From Candidatus Daviesbacteria bacterium (GTDB taxonomy: Bacteria > Patescibacteriota > Microgenomatia > Daviesbacterales > UBA10151), in the NCBI GenBank assembly GCA_016187025.1, contig JACPKM010000001.1, positions 171,188 through 235,187 on the forward strand: a DNA stretch of 64,000 nt, in the 5' to 3' direction. A program made the position numbers and the translations under genes. The notes under the pieces are model-generated. The model saw only the letters and a list, made by a program, of their open reading frames with translations. It did not search any database and was not told the origin of the DNA. This document shows, one piece after another, positions 46,851 to 56,493 of this stretch (positions within the stretch are counted from its first letter, which is position 1; every line of letters begins with the position of its first letter).

Positions 46851-46919
46851 GATCAATTTTTAAATCTTGGCTATTGCTTTAATGTAATCTCAGTCTTACA
46901 ATCTTTTCTAACTTAAACT

Positions 46920-47621
46920 ATGGCTGAAACAGTATTGAGCAGAACAGATACCCTTTCCTATTTATTTAAAGCTTCCTACGGCATATTTAATAGAGCAATG
47001 GACATTCTTAATGGTCCTCAAAGAGGGGAAATGTCTGCAGAAAGAGGTTTAGCAGATCCAGCTTGGGGCCAATATGGAAGGCTGGCTATGGATGGGTTTA
47101 GGTTTACCTATCAACAAGGACGCGACGGCGCTGACCCCTTAAGGTTTTTGAGAGCTACTACCAGACCAGGCGAGATGCCCCAAGTGCATAAACAAGAAAG
47201 AGGTAACACAGGTACTTTTCCTGCTGATGTTGCTCCCCCAAACCTTCACAGAGTTAGCAGGGCGTTAGAGATTTTTTACCACTCTTTGGCAACACTTTCC
47301 GTATTAAGTAGCAGGGGAAGGGTGCGTTTGGGTGATTTTCATACGGCCGGAGTTTTTGATGATGAGAGAGGTGATGTTTTTAGAGTCTTTACTGACTGGC
47401 AGAGAAACTACACCGGTGAAGGGCTATGGGGTACATTAAAAGCCCTTGATCATACGGTCAGGTTAGTTTTGCTTTCCCCTGAGCTTGTAACTACCCCAGC
47501 AGATCATTACCGGGTTTATGAAGCTGCTTGCTTTTTTGCAGCAGGAAGGCAACTCCTTACTAATCCCAGGATAGAGGAAAGTGAACGGGAGATGGTAAAA
47601 AGAATGTTGGGGAAAAGATAA
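46920..47621 (+). CDS. Hypothetical soluble protein (GC-richer, Arg-rich)
   Basis: 233-aa ORF. No domain recognised. It lies immediately upstream of a Cas4/RecB-like nuclease gene. Confidence 0.3.
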   Translation: MAETVLSRTDTLSYLFKASYGIFNRAMDILNGPQRGEMSAERGLADPAWGQYGRLAMDGFRFTYQQGRDGADPLRFLRATTRPGEMPQVHKQERGNTGTFPADVAPPNLHRVSRALEIFYHSLATLSVLSSRGRVRLGDFHTAGVFDDERGDVFRVFTDWQRNYTGEGLWGTLKALDHTVRLVLLSPELVTTPADHYRVYEAACFFAAGRQLLTNPRIEESEREMVKRMLGKR

Positions 47622-47672
47622 TAGTAGGAAAATAATCTTTCCTATTGAACTAAAGCTGCTAATAGTTGTACT

Positions 47673-48530
47673 TTGGAGTATGTGGTTCCCTCGTCTAAGA
47701 ATGAGTATATTAAAAATGCCCTGTTTATCTCTTATACTTCCTTGTCTGATTTTATCAAATGCCCGCGCTCCTTTTATCTAAAACACGTTTATAGAGATCC
47801 CCAAAAAGGTTATAAACTGCAAATAATCTCGCCCTTTCTTACCTTAGGAAGTACTGTACATGACACTATCAAATGGTATTTAGAGGCTCCTACCAAGCCT
47901 ACCAGAGAGCAAACCCTGGCAAAATTCAGAAACTTTTGGAGAAAATACCGTTTGCAAAAAGGGGGTTTTAACTCTTTGGAAGAAGAGGTAAGTTATGGTC
48001 AGAGAGGACTTAAAATGTTGGAAAATTTCTTAGAAAACGCCGAAATTTTGGAGCCCTGCGCCCCTTTTGTAAGTTTTCCCAAATTCAGACTGGTAGACAA
48101 TATTATTTTAATGGGGAATTTTGATTTTGTAGGGCAGTGCAGTGACGGCAGTTTGCATATAGTTGATTTTAAAACAGGTGCAAAAGATGAAAATGACAGT
48201 TTACAGCTGCATATTTATGCAATTTTGGCAGAGGCCAATTTCCAAAAACCGGTTTCCAAAATCTCTTTTTGGTATTTAGACAGGGAATCCGGTCCTAGAG
48301 AAGTAGTACTGGATTCTTTAGAACCGAAAATAGATTGGTTAAAGCAAAAGGGATTAGAGATGAAAAAGGCTCTACAAGAAGACAGCTGGGTTTGCAAGGA
48401 TAGCTCTAAAGGCACTCTCTGCAGGGATTGTAGCAGTTATCAGATGATCTTAGACGGCAAAGCCCAGTTTTTGTTTCAAGACTACCGTTATAAAAAATTG
48501 ATATATTTTTTGCGAATTGATGACTCTTAA
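47673..48530 (+). CDS. PD-(D/E)xK nuclease of the Cas4/RecB-like family (stand-alone) with a Cys cluster
   Basis: N-terminal Cys (FIKCPRSFYLKH). Core HIVDFKTG (D-x-K), QLHIYAIL. C-terminal C-x8-C-x2-C (CKDSSKGTLCRDC) is compatible with a Cas4/AddB-type FeS cluster. No cas genes are nearby. Confidence 0.5.
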   Translation: MEYVVPSSKNEYIKNALFISYTSLSDFIKCPRSFYLKHVYRDPQKGYKLQIISPFLTLGSTVHDTIKWYLEAPTKPTREQTLAKFRNFWRKYRLQKGGFNSLEEEVSYGQRGLKMLENFLENAEILEPCAPFVSFPKFRLVDNIILMGNFDFVGQCSDGSLHIVDFKTGAKDENDSLQLHIYAILAEANFQKPVSKISFWYLDRESGPREVVLDSLEPKIDWLKQKGLEMKKALQEDSWVCKDSSKGTLCRDCSSYQMILDGKAQFLFQDYRYKKLIYFLRIDDS

Positions 48531-48592
48531 AAAGTTGATATATTTGACACTCTTGACTACTTAAGGTAACTTACCCTTGTATATTAAATGTT

Positions 48593-49771
48593 ATGAAAAA
48601 GAGCAGGCCTTCCTATAAAGAAGCACCAATTCCGCCAAATGAGAAAGTTAGGTTAAAATCACTTAAGTCTCTTAACATACTGGATAGTCCTAAAGAAGAG
48701 CGTTTTGATCGTATAACCAGACTGGCTCTTGAATTGTTTAATATACCAATTGCCACTGTAACTTTAGTAGATGAGCACCGGGAATGGTTTAAGTCATCCC
48801 AGGGTTTGACAAAAAGGGAAGGAGCAAGAAGTATTTCTTTTTGTGGACATGCCATCTTGCAAGAAGATATTTTGGTAATTGCTGATACTAAAAAAGATCC
48901 AAGATTTGCAAATAATCCTATGGTAACCGGCAGTCCTTTTATCGGGTTTTACGCTGGAGTACCTATTCGCTCAGCAGATGGGCAGCATATAGGAGTATTT
49001 TGTATCAAAGATCACCGGCCCAGGAATTTGGATAAGAAAAAAAGGGCGTGGTTGAAAACCTTGGCAAGTTGGGTAGAATTAGAAATTAATGCAACTGAGC
49101 TCAGCAGAGCATTAGAAGCCAGAAAACAAGCAGAGCAAAAAATCTCAAACCTAAATGATGCATTAAAAGTATTAAATAAAATCTTGAGGCATGATGTTTT
49201 AAATGAGTTGACCATGGTTAGGATGGCACTGGAGTTATGTTTCAAAAATGTGGTGTCTAAAAAAGAAACATTACAAGATGCTTTGGATGCAGTTGACCGT
49301 AGTGCTGAGCTGATAAAACAGATTGGGCAGCTGGAGGCAGCTATTTCAAATGGAGTATCTTTTAAGCCCTACCGCGTAGCAAGTGTAGTAAAAAAAGTTT
49401 CCGGGCAATTCCCTTCGATAAAAATTAAACTTAAGGGTGATGGAGTAGTTTTAGCAGATGATGCTTTTGTTTCTGTTGTGCAAAACCTGTTAAGAAACGC
49501 TGCTGTACATGCAAAGACAGATAGGGTGGATATAACCATCGAAGAAAAAAAGGGTTTTACGCTGATTTCAATTGCTGATTATGGTAGAGGGATACCTGCT
49601 CATATCAAAGGTAAAATATTTACAGAGGGTGTAAAGTTTGGAGTATCTGGTCATATGGGATTGGGGCTTTTTATAGTCAAAAAAACTATAGAAAGATATG
49701 GGGGAACAATTCTAACTGAGGATAATAAACCCAATGGAACTAAGTTTTTGATCCGCTTGCCCAAACTTTAA
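48593..49771 (+). CDS. Cytoplasmic GAF-domain sensor histidine kinase
   Basis: GAF region (ITRLALELFNIPIATVTLVDEHREWF...GVFCIKDHRPR). Dimerisation/phosphoacceptor region with ILRHDVLNEL. HATPase_c N-box VQNLLRNAAVHA and G-boxes (DYGRGIP, GLGLFIVKKTIERYGG). Confidence 0.8.
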   Translation: MKKSRPSYKEAPIPPNEKVRLKSLKSLNILDSPKEERFDRITRLALELFNIPIATVTLVDEHREWFKSSQGLTKREGARSISFCGHAILQEDILVIADTKKDPRFANNPMVTGSPFIGFYAGVPIRSADGQHIGVFCIKDHRPRNLDKKKRAWLKTLASWVELEINATELSRALEARKQAEQKISNLNDALKVLNKILRHDVLNELTMVRMALELCFKNVVSKKETLQDALDAVDRSAELIKQIGQLEAAISNGVSFKPYRVASVVKKVSGQFPSIKIKLKGDGVVLADDAFVSVVQNLLRNAAVHAKTDRVDITIEEKKGFTLISIADYGRGIPAHIKGKIFTEGVKFGVSGHMGLGLFIVKKTIERYGGTILTEDNKPNGTKFLIRLPKL

Positions 49772-49786
49772 TCCGGAATTTTTAGT

Positions 49787-50410
49787 TTATGCTGACAATT
49801 TAATTTCTGCCAAGGTGTTATGTGTATGTAACCCGCCTTCTGGAATAGATTCAAATAATTTAATAGATTTAATTTCTATTGGGTCAAATAAACCGTGGGA
49901 CTGTCCCGCTTCGCGGGAAAAACCGTGGGACTGTTTTCCTTCGGAAAAGAAAGAAGAAGTTGTATTTTGCAAAAGCTTTTCTTTCAGGCTGGTTAACTCA
50001 AAATATTTATCAGCTTTGGCAACAGCAATATGAGGAATGTAGCGCCTCTCGTCTACGGGAAGCTGTAGTTCTTTTAACCCATCTTTTACTCTTTCTTCCA
50101 TAAGAAGTAATTTATCAATTTCTCCTTTTACTCCTACCCAAATAGTGTGAGGATGATGAATATTAGGAAAACCGTCAATGTATGCCGGAATAACAACAAA
50201 ATTGGATATCCCAGCAACTGCATTACTAATTACTTTTATTAAGTCGTTTTTTATCTCTTCTGGTTGCTCTCCTACAAAAGCGATAGTTAAATGAAGTTTA
50301 TCGTTATCAGTAAGTCTAATATCAGGTAAGATCTGTTTTATCTTTTCTTGAACCAGTTTTAACTCTTGTTTATTTTCATCAGGAATTTCAAGGGCGATGA
50401 AAAATCTCAT
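49787..50410 (-). CDS. thpR: RNA 2',3'-cyclic phosphodiesterase / 2'-5' RNA ligase (2H family, ThpR/LigT)
   Basis: Two H-x-[TA]-x motifs (LHLTIAFVG and PHIAVAKA). Contains a short in-frame tandem repeat (GKQSHGFS / AGQSHGLF). Confidence 0.8.
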   Translation of the reverse strand: MRFFIALEIPDENKQELKLVQEKIKQILPDIRLTDNDKLHLTIAFVGEQPEEIKNDLIKVISNAVAGISNFVVIPAYIDGFPNIHHPHTIWVGVKGEIDKLLLMEERVKDGLKELQLPVDERRYIPHIAVAKADKYFELTSLKEKLLQNTTSSFFSEGKQSHGFSREAGQSHGLFDPIEIKSIKLFESIPEGGLHTHNTLAEIKLSA

Positions 50411-50452
50411 TAAGATAAATTATACCGGATTTGACAACCTATGAGAGGTAGC

Positions 50453-52255
50453 TTAATTTTCTTTTGTGCCAACAAGATATACAGCTTGCCAGGGGCGGTA
50501 ATTTGAACGCCAGGCCTCATCTATTAAAGTTTCTTCCTCCCTTGTCACTATTCTTTTAAAAGAGACATTTGCTCCCCAAGCTGCCCAGTCAACTTGTTTT
50601 ATCTGTCCTTTTGGCAGTGTTGGGTCGTCTTGTCTGATCTCTGGGGGTGGAGGAGTTTGGGATGAGATGACAGGATTGGTTAGGCTTACAACCCGACCGT
50701 CATGGGTTCCGTATAAGTCCATATAAAGAGTAGTGCCTTGTGTATATGCCTGAACCAGGATATGAGCTTGGGTGTCATTTTTAAATTGAAAATCAACAGA
50801 AGGATAGTAAACTGTCGCATCAAGTCCAGGAGCAAAACCTTGCTCATAATATGAAACTCTATAAGCATGGGCTGTTCTTTTGACAACCGGTAGCCCGGCG
50901 TTCAGAACTGCCCTAAAAAGCGTAGTGGAATCCTGGCAAACTCCGCCTCCGTCATCCAAAACCGTCCGTCCCTCTTTAATAACATAGGCTTGTTTGAAGC
51001 CGGTAGCAGCAGAGATATCTCCCACAGTTTTATTAAAAGAGAATACCTCACCAGGTGGTACAAGAGTGCCGTTTAGTTTGGCAGCAGTCAGCGAGATATT
51101 ATAGATTCTGTTTTGGATAGATCCGGCAAAGTTGGAAATGCCTCTGCCGATTAACTCTTTTATCCCTAAATTATTAATTTCTGCAGCGTTTACTTTTGGT
51201 TTTACTACCTCAACTGGCAGTTTAATCTCTTTTGTCCCAGATTCCTCTAATGCCTTAAAAATAATTTCAAATCCTTTATCAATATCTGTTTTTTTACCTT
51301 CTTCTGAAGGTTGAAAAGTGGTGACTCTTTGGGTTTGTTGGTTGAATTCAAACCTCCCTTCTCTAACCTCCCTGTCTATTTCCTGGGCAATTTTTCCTAA
51401 ATAAATTTTAGTTTTGCCTTCATCTAGTAATCCTGTCCCTTCTGTTAAATCAAGAAGAGGTAGTAGCTGCTTGCTGTCTAAAATCCAGATATTTCCTTCA
51501 TAAATTATCTTAATTGGATCTTTTTGGGTGTTTTCCAAAGCAAGCTTGGCTTTTTGTAAGTATGAAGTGGTGATTTTAGGCTGAGAGACTTTTAAAGGTA
51601 AAAGTTTATGATAACTTCCGTATATTAGATAGTTTCTAATTTCCTCTTGAAACTGTTTCTTATCAAGCTCAATTCCTGGTAGCGATTCTTTTATTTGGAC
51701 ATCTGCCGCAGGTGATCCTTCGGCTGTGACAGTTTCGTTAAAGGTCAGCTGCGCTTCAAGTGGAGGTTGTAAAACAGCTTTGGCAATCTCGTCAGTTTGC
51801 TTCTCAATATTAAACTCGATACGGGGTTCAAACTGTTTAGAAAAAAACAAGATTTTCACCTGATCGGATAATTTTTCAAAAAAACTGTTTTGGTGACCGG
51901 GGAAAAATGCTTGATCCACAATCGAGTAATCAATTGTAGGGTTAATTTTTATCAAATCAATTCCATATACTTTGTCTTGTGAGAGAAATTGCAGCTTATT
52001 TAAGCTCCTCTCTGTAAACTTATTTTGTATGTTTTGTAGGACCTGCGGTTTTGTCAAAAAAGTGAGGTTGGCATCACCTATATAGGTACGGGGAAAAAAC
52101 TTGTTTTCAAATATTGCTTGAAAGGTTATAAACGAAAGGATAACAAGGGTTAAAAAAAGAAGAGCCGGAAGGTAGTTCTTTTTAAACCATAACAATATAT
52201 TGCCTAGCTTAATTGGCTTAAATAAAAGATTGTTTAAATAAGATTTTTGGGACAT
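50453..52255 (-). CDS. VanW-family protein with N-terminal TM anchor
   Basis: DDGGGVCQDSTTLFRAVLNAGLPVVKRTAHAY matches the VanW core motif (GGGvCQvSTTLynA). One N-terminal TM helix. Total 600 aa. Confidence 0.7.
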   Translation of the reverse strand: MSQKSYLNNLLFKPIKLGNILLWFKKNYLPALLFLTLVILSFITFQAIFENKFFPRTYIGDANLTFLTKPQVLQNIQNKFTERSLNKLQFLSQDKVYGIDLIKINPTIDYSIVDQAFFPGHQNSFFEKLSDQVKILFFSKQFEPRIEFNIEKQTDEIAKAVLQPPLEAQLTFNETVTAEGSPAADVQIKESLPGIELDKKQFQEEIRNYLIYGSYHKLLPLKVSQPKITTSYLQKAKLALENTQKDPIKIIYEGNIWILDSKQLLPLLDLTEGTGLLDEGKTKIYLGKIAQEIDREVREGRFEFNQQTQRVTTFQPSEEGKKTDIDKGFEIIFKALEESGTKEIKLPVEVVKPKVNAAEINNLGIKELIGRGISNFAGSIQNRIYNISLTAAKLNGTLVPPGEVFSFNKTVGDISAATGFKQAYVIKEGRTVLDDGGGVCQDSTTLFRAVLNAGLPVVKRTAHAYRVSYYEQGFAPGLDATVYYPSVDFQFKNDTQAHILVQAYTQGTTLYMDLYGTHDGRVVSLTNPVISSQTPPPPEIRQDDPTLPKGQIKQVDWAAWGANVSFKRIVTREEETLIDEAWRSNYRPWQAVYLVGTKEN

Positions 52256-52326
52256 ATGGGTATTCTAAACTAGATTAAAATAAAGTAAAAGCATTTAGGA
52301 TATAATTAGAAAGAAAGATTATCAAT

Positions 52327-53637
52327 GTGAGACGGACTATTATTATTGTTTTAGCACTGGCAGTAGTTTTGGGGTTTGTTTTTTGGCGGTTTGGGCCAAA
52401 TTTATTCAATAGGGCAAATATCCAAAAAGGACCGGTAAATATTACTTATTGGGGTTTATGGGAAGATGAAAATCTGATAAAACAAGTTATTGCTGAATTT
52501 GAGAGCAAAAACCCAAACATTAAAGTAAACTATCTTAGGCAGTCTTCCACCAACTATCGTACCCGTGTCCAAACTCAAGTCAGAGAGGGCGTTGGTCCGG
52601 ATGTATTTACACTACACAATTCCTGGTTAATTATGTTTGATGGGGATTTGGCTCCTGCCCCAAATGACATCCTGGGACTAAATGAATACAAATCTTTCTA
52701 CTATCCTGTGGCCGAAGAGAGCTTTGTTAAAAATAGTCAAATCTTTGCTGTGCCCATTGAGATAGATGGACTGGCTCTTTATTATAATGAAGAGCTGTTG
52801 CAAGCTGTTGGAGTAACTGTTCCTAAAAATTGGCAGGAATTTATTGATAGTGCGGTCAAAATGACAGTGAGAGATTCGTCTGGGCAGATTCAAAGAGCTG
52901 GGGCAGCCCTGGGAGCAACCGGAAACATTGATCATTTCTCAGATATCCTGGGGTTACTTTTACTGCAGCAACCAAATGTTTCTCTAGAAGCCCCAAATTC
53001 TCCACAGGTTGCAGAAATTCTTAGGTTTTATACAAGTTTTGTAACTGATCCGAAGAAAAAAACTTGGGATTTGAACTTGCCAAATTCCACCCAAATGTTT
53101 GCACAGGGAAGGCTGGCTTATTATTTTGCTCCTTCCTGGAGAGCTCATGAGTTAAGACAGATCAATCAAAATTTAAAGTTTAAAACTGCCCCCGTTCCTC
53201 AACTGTCTGGGAAAAAAACAGGCTGGGCCTCATTTTGGGGAGTAGCTGTATCAGCAAAGTCGCAAAATGCAAAAGAGGCTTGGAAATTTGGCAAATTTCT
53301 AGGCTCTGAAGATGCACAAAAAATGATTTACTCACAAGCCTCACAAGTAAGGCTGTTTGGTATGCCATATGCTACTGTGCAAGCAGGACAGCAGCTGCAA
53401 AATGACCCTTTGGTTGGCAGCTTTGTAACTCAGGGACCTATTTATAAGTTTTGGTATTTATCCTCCAATACTTTTGATAATGGGATAAATGATGAGGTGA
53501 TCAAATACTATGAAGATGGGATAAATGCTACATTGCAAGGCACAGATCCTCAGGTAGCGCTGCAAACTGTTGAAAAAGGTGTTCAGCAGGTACTGCAAAA
53601 ATACACCCAACCTGCTCCTGCTCCAACAGGACAATGA
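52327..53637 (+). CDS. Extracellular solute-binding protein (ABC transporter family 1, sugar-type), orphan
   Basis: Signal anchor, then ITYWGLWEDENLIKQVIAEFESKNPNIKVNY, typical of SBP_bac_1. No permease or ATPase genes are adjacent. Confidence 0.7.
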   Translation: MRRTIIIVLALAVVLGFVFWRFGPNLFNRANIQKGPVNITYWGLWEDENLIKQVIAEFESKNPNIKVNYLRQSSTNYRTRVQTQVREGVGPDVFTLHNSWLIMFDGDLAPAPNDILGLNEYKSFYYPVAEESFVKNSQIFAVPIEIDGLALYYNEELLQAVGVTVPKNWQEFIDSAVKMTVRDSSGQIQRAGAALGATGNIDHFSDILGLLLLQQPNVSLEAPNSPQVAEILRFYTSFVTDPKKKTWDLNLPNSTQMFAQGRLAYYFAPSWRAHELRQINQNLKFKTAPVPQLSGKKTGWASFWGVAVSAKSQNAKEAWKFGKFLGSEDAQKMIYSQASQVRLFGMPYATVQAGQQLQNDPLVGSFVTQGPIYKFWYLSSNTFDNGINDEVIKYYEDGINATLQGTDPQVALQTVEKGVQQVLQKYTQPAPAPTGQ

Positions 53638-54519
53638 TTAAGTTTAATGTGCCATTTTCCCAAATACCCCAGATGATATGAGTCTAAATAAAGACAGGTG
53701 GGATTTTACTTAGGTTGACAATCCCAATCATGGTTTGAGTTTAGGTAGGAATTGGCAGACATGGGAAAGAAAAGATCTGGAGTACGATCTAGTAGATATT
53801 AATGAGATTAAGTAAGAAGTAGCTATTCAGTTGTACTTCAAAGTCAAAAGATGACTTTTTCCAGATTAGATGTATAATATTTAACTATGGGAAAAGAAGG
53901 ATTAGTACGTACATATGTATTGCCAGCAGACGCTATGACGCTTTCTCCTGATCAAAGGAAACAAGTTCTCATTAAGGCTGCAAGAGAAGCTGTTATGCCT
54001 TTTGAGCCGGTTTTAACAGCTAGATATGGGTCGAGAGTTCCTGTCTCAGGACGTTGTAGATTTTGGCAAATACCGTCTTGCCCTGTAAAATTAAATGAAT
54101 CCACACCATCAGCAACTTCTGGATAAAATTAAAATTGACATAGAGTATTGGGCTTTCTCTTTAAATTATTATGACCGTGTAATATTTCGTTTTATTGTAC
54201 CTTCGAAATACCACGAGTTTACACTCGTGGATGAAGGAAGTTCCAACAAAGTCGGACTCACCGAAGGTGAGAACAAGAAGATACCACATGTGTAAGCTTG
54301 TGGTAGATTCATTAGTAACAGTGAGGTATTATTTCATAGGATTGGCAGTCATGATATATATAAATAATGAGATTCAAAATTGATTCAAAAATTTTTGAGG
54401 AGTTTGATGGACTAAAAATTTGAAAACTTAATTGTGAATCCAACTGAGAAAGTCGAAGATCTTTGTGGTGGGGAGGTAAAGTGGCATATTCTAAATGAAC
54501 AAAACCAAGATGTCGAAAT

Positions 54520-55080
54520 ATGAATAAAAGGGTGATTTTTATACATCGGTGGGATGGGATTCCTGATTCTGATTGGTACCCTTTCTTAAAAAAGGAGCTT
54601 AGTAAAAGAGGCTATGAAGCGCTGATTCTTAGGATGCCGGAAACAGATTATCCCAAGATAGAAAACTGGGTTCCAAAATTGAAAGAAGCAACTGGTGAGA
54701 TTAATGAAAATACCATCTTAATAGGACACAGTATGGGAAGTCAAACCATTATGAGATTTTTGGAAACCTTGCCAGAAGGACAAAAGGTGGGAAGAGTGAT
54801 ATTTGTGGCAGGTTTTATAACTTTGATGGGGTTAACTGAAGAAGAAAAAGTAGTGGCAAAACCATGGCTTGAAACCCCGATTGACCTTAAAAAGGTAAAA
54901 TCCAAAGCTGACTCTTTTGTGGCAATATTTTCTGATAATGATCCCTTTGTCCCTTTAGAAGAAAATAAAAGGGTGTTTGAAGAAAACTTGGGAGCCAAAG
55001 TTATGGTGCAACATAGCATGGGCCATTTTACCCAAAATGATGGGGTAACAGAATTGCCAGTGCTACTAGGCCTGGTATAA
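54520..55080 (+). CDS. RBBP9/YdeN-family serine hydrolase (alpha/beta fold)
   Basis: VIFIHRWDGIPDSDWYPFLKKEL N-terminus, nucleophile GHSMGS, C-terminal MGHF. Size of 186 aa is typical of the family. Confidence 0.65.
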   Translation: MNKRVIFIHRWDGIPDSDWYPFLKKELSKRGYEALILRMPETDYPKIENWVPKLKEATGEINENTILIGHSMGSQTIMRFLETLPEGQKVGRVIFVAGFITLMGLTEEEKVVAKPWLETPIDLKKVKSKADSFVAIFSDNDPFVPLEENKRVFEENLGAKVMVQHSMGHFTQNDGVTELPVLLGLV

Positions 55081-55087
55081 TCTAAAG

Positions 55088-55831
55088 ATGAATTCACTGA
55101 AAGATAAGGTTTCTATAGTTACTGGTGGTTCCTCTGGTATAGGGTTGGCTATTGCCAAAAGGTTTTCCACAGAAGGAGCTAAAGTAGTAATTGCCAGTAG
55201 AGATGAAAACAGAGGTAAAACAGCAGAATCTACGGTATCAAGCTCTCTATTTATCCAAACAGATGTTAGGGATGAGCAATCTGTTAAGGGTTTAATTGAA
55301 AAAACTATTCAAAAGTTTGGCAAAGTTGATATTGTAGTAAATAATGCTGGTATCAGTTTTGATCACACGGATATTACCAGGTTGAGCGTGGAGGATTATG
55401 ATAAGCTAGTAGACACTCTTTTAAAAGGTGTGTTTTTGGTGAGCAAATGCTTTATTCCTGAATTGATTAAAACCAAAGGTAGTTTGGTTAATATTGCTTC
55501 TACTTTAGCTTTTAAACCAGATACAGATTCCATCATCTATGGTGCAGCTAAAGCAGGTGTGGTTAACTTGACCAGAGGGATGGCTAAGGCTTACTCTCCT
55601 CTAGGAGTTAGGATAAATTGTGTCTGTCCAGGGCCTACGCAGACACCTCTCTTGCAGAATTACTTTAAAGACGAACGAGAGATGTTAGATTGGTATAAAA
55701 AATCTTTACCGATTGGAAGGATTGGGCAACCAGATGAAATAGCAAATGTGGTAAATTTTTTAGTTTCTGCCGAAGCCTCTTTTGTCACAGGTGATGTATG
55801 GTCAGTTGACGGAGGTCAATCTTCTAGCTAA
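55088..55831 (+). CDS. Short-chain dehydrogenase/reductase (SDR) family oxidoreductase
   Basis: TGGSSGIGLAIAKRF cofactor motif, NNAG, catalytic Y-x3-K (YGAAKAGV). Confidence 0.85.
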   Translation: MNSLKDKVSIVTGGSSGIGLAIAKRFSTEGAKVVIASRDENRGKTAESTVSSSLFIQTDVRDEQSVKGLIEKTIQKFGKVDIVVNNAGISFDHTDITRLSVEDYDKLVDTLLKGVFLVSKCFIPELIKTKGSLVNIASTLAFKPDTDSIIYGAAKAGVVNLTRGMAKAYSPLGVRINCVCPGPTQTPLLQNYFKDEREMLDWYKKSLPIGRIGQPDEIANVVNFLVSAEASFVTGDVWSVDGGQSSS

Positions 55832-55833
55832 TT

Positions 55834-56493
55834 ATGACTAGAGTTATAAACATCTTTGTCTTTGGGGCGTCCACTACTTATGGATGTTGGGATCCTGAAG
55901 GTGGTTGGGTGGCTAGGTTAAGGAGGTTTTTAGATGAAAAGAGTGTAGAGCAGTTAAAGCAAAATCCTGAACCCAATCCGATGTATTTAGTCTATAACCA
56001 AGGAATACCTGCCGATGATCTATCAGGAATCTTAAAGAGGTTTGATTCGGAAGTTAGCGAAAGGATAGATCCAGGAGAGGAGAATATAATTTTGATCCAT
56101 ACTGGGACGAACGATTCCCTCTACAACAACCAAACAAAATCATTAAAGTTTTCTCCTGATCAGTATAAACAAGAGCTTATAGAGGTTGCCGGTTTAACTA
56201 GAAGATATTCAGCAAAAATAGTTTTAGTGGGAACTATGCCGGTAGACCAAAGGGTTGACCCTATTCCCTGGTTACCAAACCATTCTTATAAAAATGAATA
56301 TGTAGCTAAATTTAATGAAATTATGGAAGAGGTATCCCAGGAAGAAAAGATTCATTTTATAGAAATATACAACCATTTTTCAGGTGGAGAATATCAACAT
56401 CTTTTAGTAGATGGAGTACACCCTAACTCCCGGGGGCACCAGCAAGTTTTTGAAATTGTCAGGGATTATTTGCTAGATAAAAAGATTATTTAG
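55834..56493 (+). CDS. SGNH/GDSL-like hydrolase
   Basis: Block I FGASTTYG, block III GTNDS, block V DGVHPN. Confidence 0.7.
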   Translation: MTRVINIFVFGASTTYGCWDPEGGWVARLRRFLDEKSVEQLKQNPEPNPMYLVYNQGIPADDLSGILKRFDSEVSERIDPGEENIILIHTGTNDSLYNNQTKSLKFSPDQYKQELIEVAGLTRRYSAKIVLVGTMPVDQRVDPIPWLPNHSYKNEYVAKFNEIMEEVSQEEKIHFIEIYNHFSGGEYQHLLVDGVHPNSRGHQQVFEIVRDYLLDKKII

